A stretch of 64,000 bases of DNA from Candidatus Altiarchaeales archaeon (GTDB lineage: Archaea; Altiarchaeota; Altiarchaeia; IMC4; SCGC-AAA252-I15): positions 160,001 to 224,000 of the forward strand of contig WJMO01000006.1 of NCBI GenBank assembly GCA_014727915.1, given 5' to 3'. This document shows positions 47,676-56,827 of this stretch, one piece after another. How positions within the stretch are numbered: the first letter of the stretch is position 1; every line of letters starts with the position of its first letter. The position numbers and the translations under genes were made by a program. The notes beneath the pieces are model-generated. The model ran no database searches, was not told the DNA's origin, and saw only the letters and a program-made list of their open reading frames with translations.

Positions 47676-48113
47676 ATGGACGAGCACATGACCACGGCGT
47701 GGGAGGAGGCTAAGAGGGGTTTGGAAGAGGGCGGGATACCCATAGGGAGCGTTCTGGTAGTCGGCGGCCGGGTAGTCGGCAGAGGCCATAACAGGAGAGT
47801 CCAGGGGGATAGCAGCGTGCTGCACGCGGAGATGGACTGCCTCGAAAACGCCGGACGGCTAACATCCAAGGACTACGGCAGGTCAGTCCTCTACTCAACC
47901 CTAAGCCCGTGTGACATGTGCGCCGGCGCAGTCCTACTATACAAGATACCCAAAGTCGTGGTCGGCGAGAACGTGAACTTCAAAGGAGCCGAAGAACACA
48001 TGCGAAAACGAGGGGTTGAAGTCGAAGTGTTGAACCACCCGGCTATCATAGAATTCTTCAGGAACTGGGTAGATGAAAACCCGGAACTCTGGAACGAAGA
48101 CATCGGCGAATAA
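47676..48113 (+). CDS. Zn-dependent cytosine/nucleoside deaminase
   Basis: PIGSVL, GHN, HAE, SPCDMC, WNEDIGE (Fcy1-like ending). Confidence 0.92.
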   Translation: MDEHMTTAWEEAKRGLEEGGIPIGSVLVVGGRVVGRGHNRRVQGDSSVLHAEMDCLENAGRLTSKDYGRSVLYSTLSPCDMCAGAVLLYKIPKVVVGENVNFKGAEEHMRKRGVEVEVLNHPAIIEFFRNWVDENPELWNEDIGE

Positions 48114-48115
48114 GG

Positions 48116-48343
48116 TTAGTAACGATTGGCTAGATATGTGTAGATTACTACGAGCAATATTGGTCCAGCAAGTGAGAATAGTCCATAGTGGACAATTGAT
48201 TCTAAGGGACAACTAGACTTGTCGGAAAGACTAGAACAGTAAACAATAAATCCTCCTGCGACACCACCTATTATTGCCAGATACCAAGCAACTAAGATAT
48301 GGAAAATATCTTTGGTAGATAATTTCTCTAATTTAAGGTCCAT
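48116..48343 (-). CDS. Small AT-rich 2-TM orphan protein
   Basis: MDLKLEK...; two hydrophobic helices; start moved out of the hairpin region. Confidence 0.5.
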   Translation of the reverse strand: MDLKLEKLSTKDIFHILVAWYLAIIGGVAGGFIVYCSSLSDKSSCPLESIVHYGLFSLAGPILLVVIYTYLANRY

Positions 48344-48358
48344 TTTGTAGTGGACTCT

Positions 48359-48465
48359 GGGGGATTGTAAATCCCCCTTCCGCTTCGCGTGTGAACCCGA
48401 AGCAAGCAAAGCTTGCTAGGGTTGCTTGAACAGCATAACTGTTCATCGCAACGGAGCGAGCCGTT
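48359..48465. other. Run of five hairpins directly 3' of tRNA-Pro
   Basis: GGGGGATT/AATCCCCC, GCTTCG/CGAAGC, AGCAAGC/GCTTGCT, GTTGC-TGAACAG/CTGTTCA-GCAAC, AACGG/CCGTT. Confidence 0.6.
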
Positions 48466-48469
48466 CGTT

Positions 48470-48592
48470 TGGGGCCGCCGAGATTCGAACTCAGGTCGCC
48501 AGCTCTCCGTTTCACAGCAGGGAAAATTAATGGGTTCCCCTTGCTTGACGAAGCCCCGAGCTGGAAGTATGGCCAAGCTAACCCACGGCCCC
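48470..48592 (-). tRNA. tRNA-Pro(GGG) with 49-nt intron at 37/38 (48505-48553)
   Basis: GGGGCCG/CGGCCCC acceptor, CCAGC/GCTGG stem, relaxed BHB; loop reads TC-GGG-G|A; a CGG reading fits less well. Confidence 0.85.
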
Positions 48593-48645
48593 AAAATGGA
48601 CTGGATACTTTAGGATTTACTCGTTTATATAGGTTCTGGGTGGGT

Positions 48646-49206
48646 TCATGCGTCAAGTTCCTTTATCTGGTAGCATCTGCCCTCCGGTTCATACAGGCAG
48701 AGGTCGCTGTCCGCCGCGACCAACGCAGCAGCGGCTAGTTTCAGGTTCTTGGATATCAACGCGGTTATGAGGTTGTCGGGTATGGCCTGGGTCACCCAGG
48801 CGTATCCCCTGGCTTTTTCCCCAGCATCCCAGTATTCACGGTATCCGCTCAAAAGCTTAACATCCTCTGAAAGGACGTAGACTATCCCGTTATCGCTGAA
48901 GTTCCCCGCGTATTTGACCGCTGCGTTCTTGCGTGATAGGTTAGTGGACAGTGTCATGCTCGAGTCCCTGCAGCTGAGACCCATGCAGACCTGCCATTCA
49001 TTGTCTATCTCGTTGCCGTCAGCCTGATGCGGTGCCAGGCCATATTTCAATATGGCAACGTGGTCGCCTTCGCTCCCGTGCATTATCATACCCGGCCGGT
49101 CGATGTCGATTTCCGGGTCGTCAACGGATTCGATGGCATAGAGGGTCTTGGACAGGCCGAAACGTCCCCGGTATTCTGAAAGGTCGATGACGTCAATAGA
49201 CACCAT
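48646..49206 (-). CDS. Hypothetical protein, possible ART/Tpt1-like NAD-binding fold
   Basis: MHGS...ILKYGLAP...LST...VYVL...WVT..IP...I; start moved out of the tRNA. Confidence 0.55.
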   Translation of the reverse strand: MVSIDVIDLSEYRGRFGLSKTLYAIESVDDPEIDIDRPGMIMHGSEGDHVAILKYGLAPHQADGNEIDNEWQVCMGLSCRDSSMTLSTNLSRKNAAVKYAGNFSDNGIVYVLSEDVKLLSGYREYWDAGEKARGYAWVTQAIPDNLITALISKNLKLAAAALVAADSDLCLYEPEGRCYQIKELDA

Positions 49207-49247
49207 AGTGATAGTATTGGAGCAGAAGCAGAAATAAAAAAAAGATT

Positions 49248-49349
49248 TGGACTCGTCGGGATTTGAACCCGAGGCCTCCGCCACACTGGAAAACCCTGCT
49301 TTTTGGTTTTTTGCCAAGGCGACGATCTACCGGACTGATCTACGAGCCC
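49248..49349 (-). tRNA. tRNA-Ala(GGC) with 28-nt intron at 37/38 (49284-49311)
   Basis: G3:U70 pair; TT-GGC-A|T loop; BHB helices TTGG/CCAG and AAAACC/GGTTTT. Confidence 0.95.
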
Positions 49350-49456
49350 ATGTCTGGAATATGTGATTATAAGTATATTATTTCTTTGGGGGGTGAGGCA
49401 CCTTTTCTTTCACCAAAAGAAGGGGGGGTCAAGGGCTGATCTACGAGCCCATGTCT
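49335..49456. repeat. 21-bp direct repeat of tRNA-Ala 5' end plus leader
   Basis: CTGATCTACGAGCCCATGTCT at 49335 and 49436. Confidence 0.9.
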
Positions 49457-49555
49457 ACAAATTACTGCACCAACGGTTAAATAACAGCAAACACAAAATA
49501 TTTGGGTTATTTTACGTATAATTTAAAGATTTTTTTGTATTATTTAAAAAGTGGT

Positions 49556-49639
49556 CGCAGAGGTCGGGATTTGAACCCGAGCTCCCGAAGGAACAGGATT
49601 AGCAGTCCTGCGCGTTAAACCATGCTCCGCCACCTCTGC
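49556..49639 (-). tRNA. tRNA-Ser(GCT)
   Basis: GCAGAGG/CCTCTGC acceptor, CAGGA-CTGCTAA-TCCTG, long variable arm, G73. Confidence 0.96.
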
Positions 49640-49654
49640 AAGATGATAGTTTCC

Positions 49655-49831
49655 TTATTGTATCTGTTCTGCTTCGTCCACCAGCATTATCGGTATGTTG
49701 TCTTCTACCTTGTATTTGAGCTTGCATTTGTGGCATGTGAGGCTCTCCTCTTTCTCCGAGTCCTTGTATTCGAGGTCACCCTTGCATTTGGGGCATGCCA
49801 GGATGTCCAAAAGCTTCTTGTCGAGTGTCAT
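49655..49831 (-). CDS. Trm112/YcaR family protein (58 aa, missing from ORF track)
   Basis: MTLDKKLLDILACPKCKGDL...LTCHKCKLKYKVEDNIPIMLVDEA. Confidence 0.9.
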   Translation of the reverse strand: MTLDKKLLDILACPKCKGDLEYKDSEKEESLTCHKCKLKYKVEDNIPIMLVDEAEQIQ

Positions 49832-49913
49832 ATTCAGCTATAAGAGAGGAAATATTTGAATAAAAATGGTTTTTAAGGTTTGTTCTGGTAATATGGTAGG
49901 TGTCATGTGAGGG

Positions 49914-51149
49914 TTGGGCTATAGAGTGGATGTGAAGTCTTTTTTTGTGGAGTATGTGGGGTGCACCCGGAGGATGATGGATGCTGAGAGGATCAAACAG
50001 TATCTTCTGGCGAACGGTTTGGACTACACGGACAACCCCGGAGAAGCGGATTACATTTTCCTAATAACCTGCGGTCTCAACAAGGTGAACGAGGACCGTT
50101 GCGTAGACTTCATAAAAGACTATAAGCAGATGAGTGGGGAGTTGGTTGTGTGCGGTTGCATGCCCTCCATGAACCCGCAGAAGGTCAAGGCAGTATATGG
50201 CGGGAGGGTCGTCCACACCTACGACCTGGACGGGATAGACGGCCTGTTCCCGGAGTTCACGGTAAAGTTCGGGGATTTGCCGGACGTTAACAGGGGTTTT
50301 ACGAGGGGTTTGGCTGTGAAGAGGAAGCTGAGGAAGATGCGCGAATCCGGGTTGGGCCTTGCATTGAAGGATGTGTTGGGCCACCTGTCTTTCAGGTATC
50401 ATGGTTTCATGAGCCGCCACAGCAACCCTGTGGTGTTCAACAACGATTACCTGAGCCTGCGGATATCCTATGGGTGCCTCGGGAGCTGCAGCTACTGCAA
50501 CATAAAGAAGGCCATTGGGAGGTTGAGGAGCAAGCCCGTGGACGTGTTGTTGGAGGAGTTGAGGCGAGGGGTTTCAGAGGGAAGATTCATGGTGAATATC
50601 ATCTCCAGCGACACCGGAGCCTATGGGCTGGACATAGGAGAGACCTTCCCCGGTTTGCTGAAGGCGATATTGGACGAGGACGAGCGGGTGACCGTCGAGT
50701 ACGTAGAGGACTTGCACGCCAACTGGGTTGTAAAGTATAGGAGCGAGCTCGTCGACCTGGTTGGGACAGGGAGGGTGAATTCCATTCTTACGGCTGTGCA
50801 GAGCGGAAGCGACCGTCTGCTGAAGCTGATGAGAAGGCACACCAGCTTGGAGGAATACAAGAAGGCGTTGGATATGATGAGGGAGGCCAACCCTGAGTTG
50901 AAGCTCAGGACGCAGGTGATAGTTGGTTTCCCGACCGAGTCCGAGGAGGACTTCCAGGAGACCATCGGATTTCTGAGGGCTGCAGGGTTCGACGAGGTTG
51001 ACGTTTTCAGGTACTATGAGGTGGAGACCATGGACTCCGCGGTAATAGAGCCCAAGGTCCCGGAGGATGTTGTGGTCGATAGGATGGACAGGATAGAGGA
51101 GCTCTTCTCAGAGGGGGAGTTGAAATGCTCTTATAACATCTACCGGTAG
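49914..51149 (+). CDS. Methylthiotransferase-like radical SAM protein, no TRAM domain
   Basis: N-terminal GC...D, TC and GC motifs; GCLGSCSYC, QSGS, IVGFPTE. Confidence 0.85.
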   Translation: MGYRVDVKSFFVEYVGCTRRMMDAERIKQYLLANGLDYTDNPGEADYIFLITCGLNKVNEDRCVDFIKDYKQMSGELVVCGCMPSMNPQKVKAVYGGRVVHTYDLDGIDGLFPEFTVKFGDLPDVNRGFTRGLAVKRKLRKMRESGLGLALKDVLGHLSFRYHGFMSRHSNPVVFNNDYLSLRISYGCLGSCSYCNIKKAIGRLRSKPVDVLLEELRRGVSEGRFMVNIISSDTGAYGLDIGETFPGLLKAILDEDERVTVEYVEDLHANWVVKYRSELVDLVGTGRVNSILTAVQSGSDRLLKLMRRHTSLEEYKKALDMMREANPELKLRTQVIVGFPTESEEDFQETIGFLRAAGFDEVDVFRYYEVETMDSAVIEPKVPEDVVVDRMDRIEELFSEGELKCSYNIYR

Positions 51150-51151
51150 GG

Positions 51152-52114
51152 TTAGCTGTTTTTTGACGTCCAACTCTGGGGGTATGTGTCAGGGTGCATC
51201 ACATTCCTTTCCGGGGATGCTACTTCCCCCTTCTTCAGGGACATGATCGACGCGCTGTCCTTCAATGCCTTGGCCAATCCTATTATCTCGTCGCGGAGTG
51301 TGAACAAGGCGGTGAGGTCGTCTTCTACAATGTTGTCGGTTAGTTTCGCGACTCCGGGGGCGTTCAAGGGGGCGCCGTGGCATAGTGCGCTTACCGCCGA
51401 GTCCTTCACCCATATCTTGGGGAGGTGGTCGACCATGGTCTCCATCGGCTGTATGAGCTTCCTCAGCTGTTCCTCGTCCCTGGTCTCCCAAGCGTCCCGG
51501 AGGTCGTGGAGTGACACTAGCTTGTCTTCCGTGTAGGGTCCTGCCTGGATCCTCCTTAGTTCTTGCATGTGGGCTCCCACCCCCAATAGCAGCCCTATGT
51601 CGTGGCAGAGCTTCCTTATGTAGGTGCCTGCTTCGCAGTGGACGTTGAACAGGACATAGGGGCCGTCGCGTTCGATGTACTGTATCGAGTATATGGTCCT
51701 AGTCCTCAGCTCACGTTTAACCGCGCACTTCTGCGGAGGCCTCTGGTATATGGTGCCCTTGAAAAGGCTTAGTGTCTTCTTTATCTGGCTGTTGGTCGTG
51801 TCCCCATGGAGCTTCATCAACGTTACGTATGTCTTCCCTGAGAGCAGAAGGGCTTGGAGCGCCTTTGTCCCGTCCTCCAATGCGACGGGCAGCACCCCCG
51901 TTACCTTGGGGTCCAGTGTTCCGCTGTGGCCGGCCTTCTTCAACCCCATCATCTCCTTGACCCACGCTGTCACCTGGTGCGAGGTTGGACCGGAGGGCTT
52001 GTCGATGTTGACTATGCCCTTGCGGATGTATTCTTCGATGGGTCTCTCACATGGGGGGCTGCCATAGTCTGGGCTTCCCTCCTCCTCGGACTTCACTAGA
52101 ATCCTTCCATCCAT
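51152..52114 (-). CDS. cbf5: H/ACA pseudouridine synthase Cbf5 (TruB family)
   Basis: IDKPSGPTSH, GHSGTLDPKVTGVL, GTYIRKLCHD, PUA domain. Confidence 0.97.
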   Translation of the reverse strand: MDGRILVKSEEEGSPDYGSPPCERPIEEYIRKGIVNIDKPSGPTSHQVTAWVKEMMGLKKAGHSGTLDPKVTGVLPVALEDGTKALQALLLSGKTYVTLMKLHGDTTNSQIKKTLSLFKGTIYQRPPQKCAVKRELRTRTIYSIQYIERDGPYVLFNVHCEAGTYIRKLCHDIGLLLGVGAHMQELRRIQAGPYTEDKLVSLHDLRDAWETRDEEQLRKLIQPMETMVDHLPKIWVKDSAVSALCHGAPLNAPGVAKLTDNIVEDDLTALFTLRDEIIGLAKALKDSASIMSLKKGEVASPERNVMHPDTYPQSWTSKNS

Positions 52115-52146
52115 GCAGAACCACCTCCCACAGCTTATTCGGAGGT

Positions 52147-52362
52147 TTAAGCCAGGCCAAGGCTTGAAAGCTCCTTAGCCGGGTCTTTGGCGTCCACAAC
52201 CCATGGTGTGGGCTCCAACTGGCTGCCTGAAACCTTCTTTTTCCGGGCTCTCGCTCCCTCTACCGTGAATTTCCCGTCTGTTTTTCCGGTGATCACGCAG
52301 AATTCGCCTGCATCGCGGCCTCGAGTCTTCTTGCACACCCTGCCAACATCCAATAATGCCAT
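52147..52362 (-). CDS. rpl14e: 50S ribosomal protein L14e
   Basis: DVGRVC.KTRGRDAG..CVI...LEPT; canonical position upstream of cbf5. Confidence 0.9.
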   Translation of the reverse strand: MALLDVGRVCKKTRGRDAGEFCVITGKTDGKFTVEGARARKKKVSGSQLEPTPWVVDAKDPAKELSSLGLA

Positions 52363-52606
52363 CTTCGTGCACAACATTTAGGGATTAATGGTATATAAAG
52401 CCGTTAAAGAGGTGTTTCGTGTTCATGTTGTAGAGCGTTTCCTGACGTTGTCTGCCATGGTAGCGGACATAGTAGGGAGGGCAGATGCTTAATCCCGGGG
52501 GGTATATTCCCTTCCCATTCCATTTGTTTTAGAATCTGCCACTGCATATTTCCAAGGCAGGCAGGGGCCGGGCAGTATTTACCTGGATTTATTTAATCCT
52601 TTAAGG

Positions 52607-53914
52607 ATGAGATATGTTGTTTTTGTCCTGGTGTTCCTGGTGGTCGGGGGATTGTATCTCCTTGCGGAGTATCCATCCATATCCGGCTATGGAGACGCTC
52701 CAATGTGCGAAGGGTGCAACCTGGTCCTTGTTACGATGGACACCACACGAGCAGACCATCTCGGACTGTACGGTTACGACCGTGACACTTCACCCTTCCT
52801 CGACTACCTTGGAAACAGGTCCATAGTGTATGAGAGGTTCTACGCCCCAATACCCGAGACGAACCCCTCCCACGCTACCATGTTCACCTCCAAGCTGCCG
52901 TACATTCACAGGCTCCAGTTCAACGGGCAGAAGCTCAGGGACAGCGAGACCACCCTGGCGGAGATACTGAGGGGAGAAGGCTATGATACCGTGGCTTTCA
53001 CAAGCGCCAAACACCTGAACCCGAGAACAGGCTTGGGTCAGGGGTTCAGGGAATTCGACTACCCCAAGCAGAAGGAGAGAAAGGCGACGATAACCACCGA
53101 CATCGCCCTGGACTGGCTGAGAGAGAAAGAGCAGGGGAGGTTCTTCATGTGGGTGCACTACTTCGACCCACATTACGGCTACGAACCGCCAACGCCTTTC
53201 AGCTTCTACGAGGAGGGGATGGACGAGAACACGGGGAAGATCGCGAGATACGACGGTGAGATAAGGTATGTGGACTCTGAGGTCAGGAGGCTGTTCGAGT
53301 ACTTGGAGGACGAGAACCTGCTGCAGAACACCGTTTTTGTGGTCACTGCAGACCATGGGGAGGGACTCGGAGAACACGGTTACTTCTGGGATCACGGGGA
53401 CCTGCTCTATGAGGACCAGTTGTGGGTTCCACTGCTGATATACGTGGACGGGACGCGCTTCAACTCCGGAAGGGTTGGCCAGAACACCCAGCTTATGCCC
53501 ACGTTGCTAGAAATCCTTGACATAAGGGATGAGCACTCGGTCGCTCCATCCCTCTTCTCGGAGGAGGGTCGGGGGATGCTCTTCTTCGAGAGCGACAGGT
53601 GCGAAAAGCAGAAGGTAAGCGGGTGCTTTCCAGGAAAGAGCATCAAGGGAAAATCCGTCGCCGCCCTGAAGGACGACGTTAAGTTCATCGCCACACCCGT
53701 GAGAGACGGGATGAGGGAGGAGCTTTTCGACCTTCGTAAGGACCCTGGAGAGGGCATCAACAGGATATCAAACCCAGGATACGAGGACATCAGGGAGGAG
53801 CTTAGGACGAAGGCATTGTCTGTCATGAAGGAGGTGCACAACAGCGACAGGGACTACATCGAGGTCGACAATGAGACCCTGGAAGTGCTGAAGTCCCTAG
53901 GGTATGTGAACTGA
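52607..53914 (+). CDS. Membrane-anchored sulfatase-like (AP superfamily) protein
   Basis: DTTRADH, TNPSH, HYFDPH, TADHGE, LKSLGY. Confidence 0.88.
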   Translation: MRYVVFVLVFLVVGGLYLLAEYPSISGYGDAPMCEGCNLVLVTMDTTRADHLGLYGYDRDTSPFLDYLGNRSIVYERFYAPIPETNPSHATMFTSKLPYIHRLQFNGQKLRDSETTLAEILRGEGYDTVAFTSAKHLNPRTGLGQGFREFDYPKQKERKATITTDIALDWLREKEQGRFFMWVHYFDPHYGYEPPTPFSFYEEGMDENTGKIARYDGEIRYVDSEVRRLFEYLEDENLLQNTVFVVTADHGEGLGEHGYFWDHGDLLYEDQLWVPLLIYVDGTRFNSGRVGQNTQLMPTLLEILDIRDEHSVAPSLFSEEGRGMLFFESDRCEKQKVSGCFPGKSIKGKSVAALKDDVKFIATPVRDGMREELFDLRKDPGEGINRISNPGYEDIREELRTKALSVMKEVHNSDRDYIEVDNETLEVLKSLGYVN

Positions 53915-53999
53915 ACCAGCATAGTATTACTGCTGGTTTTTCGGCGTGGGCCGAAGATAATGTCATTAGGTTATTAAAGCATCTGGAAAATATTAAGAT

Positions 54000-55004
54000 A
54001 TGGCGGACAGGAGCCTGTTGATACTGGCAGGGTTGATAGCGGTGATGTCGCTTTTAGTGTTGCTAACCGGCTCGAAATCCCATGATGGGGGTATGGTGGG
54101 CGGTGACTGCGGGACTGTGAGCCCGGAGGGCAGGGACGAATGCTGCGGCAGAAAGAACGCGGACACGCCTCATGACACGTGCGTGGGAAGCTGGAGGTAC
54201 GACGGCAAGGAAGGCAAGTGCGAGTACGTCTGCCATGGCAGCATTACCAACTTCCAAGAGTGCGCTGACGCAGGATATCCGGTCATGGAAAGCTATCCGA
54301 GAAGGTGCAGGGGCCCCGAAGGGAAATCCTACACTGAGGTGATAGACGAGCCATTGGACCCCCCCAAGCCGATAGGGGGGGACCGTGACGAACACGGCTG
54401 CCTTACGCCCGCAGGTTACTCATGGGATGGGGAAATCGGAGCCTGCACCCGGAGCTGGGAGATAAAGGACGAGAACGTCAGGAGGGCTGCGACAACCGCC
54501 GTTGACCACGTGGGATGGGACGACGGTGTGACCGTGGTAGGGGTCGAGGCCGGAGGATGCCCTGGATGCTATTATGTCACCGTTGAGAAAGGCAGTGACA
54601 GGGTGGAGGTCGAGCTGAACAACTGGACTGTCAGGGACCGATCGATCACCCCGGAAGAGTGCAGGCTAAAGGGAGGCGAGACCGTCAGCACAGTAGGCGA
54701 AAGCGGGGAGGACCCCTGCAACGGCAGGTACAACATGGGAGAGGTGACGGGGTTGATATCACCCCACGTATGCTGTGACGCCGGTCCGAGGCCCATATCC
54801 TCAGAGGAGGCTGTGGACGTGGCATGGGAGAGCGAATGCGTGGAGGTCGGGGCTTTGACTGACCGCATGTACAGGAACGAGGACACGAGAACATGGTGGA
54901 TAGACCTGGACGCTGAAAAAGCAGGTTGCAGCCCCGCATGCGTGGTCTATGAGGACACGATGACCGCGGAAGTCAACTGGCGGTGCACGGGGCTAGTCGC
55001 CTGA
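54000..55004 (+). CDS. Secreted multi-module Cys-rich protein
   Basis: FQECADAGYPVMESYPRRC, GGDRDEHGC...AGYSW, EVNWRCTGL. Confidence 0.75.
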   Translation: MADRSLLILAGLIAVMSLLVLLTGSKSHDGGMVGGDCGTVSPEGRDECCGRKNADTPHDTCVGSWRYDGKEGKCEYVCHGSITNFQECADAGYPVMESYPRRCRGPEGKSYTEVIDEPLDPPKPIGGDRDEHGCLTPAGYSWDGEIGACTRSWEIKDENVRRAATTAVDHVGWDDGVTVVGVEAGGCPGCYYVTVEKGSDRVEVELNNWTVRDRSITPEECRLKGGETVSTVGESGEDPCNGRYNMGEVTGLISPHVCCDAGPRPISSEEAVDVAWESECVEVGALTDRMYRNEDTRTWWIDLDAEKAGCSPACVVYEDTMTAEVNWRCTGLVA

Positions 55005-55601
55005 AGACTCCAGGACCAAATGGTTCAGCTCCTCCTTGAACTTCGGCACAACAGCCTTTGAAAGAAAGTAGAGGCCATTTTTGTCAGGGGTGAGGCCGCG
55101 GCCTCTGAAGCGGAGGTTCTCATAGAAGAGCCGGGACATGGGAAGCTGTGGCTCCGCATGGACTCTCCCCTCCAAACCGGTCTTTTCGCTCACTATTACC
55201 GCGTGTTCCATCAGCCTGGAGCCGACGTGAGAGTACTCTCTGCCTTCGGTCCCGTGCATGTTCCACGATGCAGAGTCTATGCGCTCTATCGAAAGCGACT
55301 TCGCCCCATGGTATCTACCAGGCTTCACGCACAAGGCTCCCTCAACACGTTCAACACCTCCGGTTTTGGTTGCGAGAACGTATATCCGATGTTCCCCGGG
55401 GATGTCAGTGTTGTATCCGGGGCTCAATTCCCTCAATGCCTCCTTGTCAGCGGGGATGGCCTTCCTTATGATGGCGGGGGTCCGCTTCCTCGTTAACGCG
55501 TCGACTATGAAGGTCTCCCGCTCGACCAATTTCCCGACTATGGGGCCCACGGGAGGCAAAGCCGCATCGGCCGGGGCTGATTGGCCAGCTACGACAGGCA
55601 T
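54993..55601 (-). CDS. GNAT-like acetyltransferase
   Basis: YSHVGSRLM..A and FYENLRF resemble GNAT motifs A and B. Confidence 0.6.
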   Translation of the reverse strand: MPVVAGQSAPADAALPPVGPIVGKLVERETFIVDALTRKRTPAIIRKAIPADKEALRELSPGYNTDIPGEHRIYVLATKTGGVERVEGALCVKPGRYHGAKSLSIERIDSASWNMHGTEGREYSHVGSRLMEHAVIVSEKTGLEGRVHAEPQLPMSRLFYENLRFRGRGLTPDKNGLYFLSKAVVPKFKEELNHLVLESSGD

Positions 55602-55750
55602 GATATAACATAGGTAATCATCGGGGAAAAATGACGCGGACCGCAGGCTAACCTTATTTTAAAAAATGATAGGAATAGTGCGGGATCTGCCGGGTCATTT
55701 TTTTGACTGTTAAAGGAGGTCTGGCAGGAACCCGGCCGTTGAAAACCGGC

Positions 55751-55945
55751 TTATATTACCTGGACTTTCTCTGCCTTGGGCCCGCGCTCGCCTTCAACTA
55801 CTTCGAAGGATACCCTGTCGCCGTCGCGGATCACGTTGTCGCCTTCTATCCCGCTTCGGTGGACAAAGTAGTCTTTCCCGTCGTCTCCGGTAATGAACCC
55901 GAAGTTCTTTTCTGTGTTAAAAAACTTAACTACGCCTTCAACCAT
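55751..55945 (-). CDS. Cold-shock protein
   Basis: GVVKFFN..KNFGFI, DYFVH, GPKA; AGGAGGTGA SD. Confidence 0.95.
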   Translation of the reverse strand: MVEGVVKFFNTEKNFGFITGDDGKDYFVHRSGIEGDNVIRDGDRVSFEVVEGERGPKAEKVQVI

Positions 55946-55985
55946 GGTTTCACCTCCTTTACTTTGTTTAGATTAGAAATATGGC

Positions 55986-56288
55986 TTACCTCCACTTGGA
56001 GTTCCTCAACATTAGCTTTTTGATCCTCTCCGCGAGCTCGTCCGGGAGGGTGCTCTCATTCCTGAGTCGCTCCACGTACTCTGATGCCCCGTCAAAGGAT
56101 TGGTTCATGAGCTTCGTCTGTATGTTGGCTGATATTGTGCCCTTGTTCTCGGGTGTTCCGATCTCGTCTAGCATCTCGTCCAAGTCCATCCGGAAATATT
56201 TGCTCTTCCCAACGTCCAACAGCCGTCGCTTCTTGCCCCCCTTGTTCTTTTCGTTGTGCCTTGAGCGGAAGCTCCTCTTACCGCCCAT
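55986..56288 (-). CDS. Basic hypothetical protein
   Basis: K/R-rich N-terminus then helical domain. Confidence 0.6.
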   Translation of the reverse strand: MGGKRSFRSRHNEKNKGGKKRRLLDVGKSKYFRMDLDEMLDEIGTPENKGTISANIQTKLMNQSFDGASEYVERLRNESTLPDELAERIKKLMLRNSKWR

Positions 56289-56495
56289 CTTGGGTTTTTT
56301 GGGTCCTCTCGCCAAACCGATCCGTCTCCATCGCCTCCAATCCACTGGCAAGCCGAAAGCCTCTTCCGGGGGGGTAGCATGTAGAACAAGAAAAACCTTG
56401 GCGGCAAATCTTAGACTACAAACGACTTACTCTAGGATAGAGATTGCTGAAAGAGTATAAGCAATACAAGCTTAAAAAGGAGGGTATGAGGGGTT

Positions 56496-56690
56496 TCAAC
56501 CCTCTGAGAGCATCTTGTCCGCTTTTTCCATGAGCATCCTCTTCTGATCCTCGGACATCGCCGCCATCACATCGGCATGCTCTTTCATGCCATGGTCCAG
56601 CAGGGCCTTCTTAACCTCCTCAGCCGTCTCCCCCGTGGCTTCGAATTCGCATTCCAAGCCGCTGAGTTCGCTGCACTTCAATGACTTCAT
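56496..56690 (-). CDS. DUF1059-like small metal-binding protein
   Basis: LKC....ECEFEA.GET.EEV....DHG..EH. Confidence 0.8.
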   Translation of the reverse strand: MKSLKCSELSGLECEFEATGETAEEVKKALLDHGMKEHADVMAAMSEDQKRMLMEKADKMLSEG

Positions 56691-56827
56691 CTCATATCAC
56701 CCAGGTAAGGGATGAGTTTAAACGCATAAAAGACAGGCAGTAACTTGCAGGAAACCGGATGTCCTGGGCAGCAGAGGGCGGTTTTTGTTAATTTTAATAA
56801 AACATATATTAAATGAGGTGTTTTAAT

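Noticed and set aside
48328-49317. ORFs and ORF extensions overlapping tRNA-Pro and tRNA-Ala
   Set aside because: Shadow translations of tRNA and hairpin sequence
41962-49456. tRNA 5' duplicates as CRISPR repeats or split-tRNA halves
   Set aside because: Only two copies each and no cas genes; the complete tRNA is adjacent, leaders are duplicated too, and no complementary 3' half was seen
55751-55945. Bacterial-type Csp as a novelty
   Set aside because: Csp genes are already known in several archaeal groups
56300-56400. GGCGATGGAG on the minus strand resembling a fluoride riboswitch start
   Set aside because: Pairing partner and 3' consensus are missing; downstream gene is not fluoride-related
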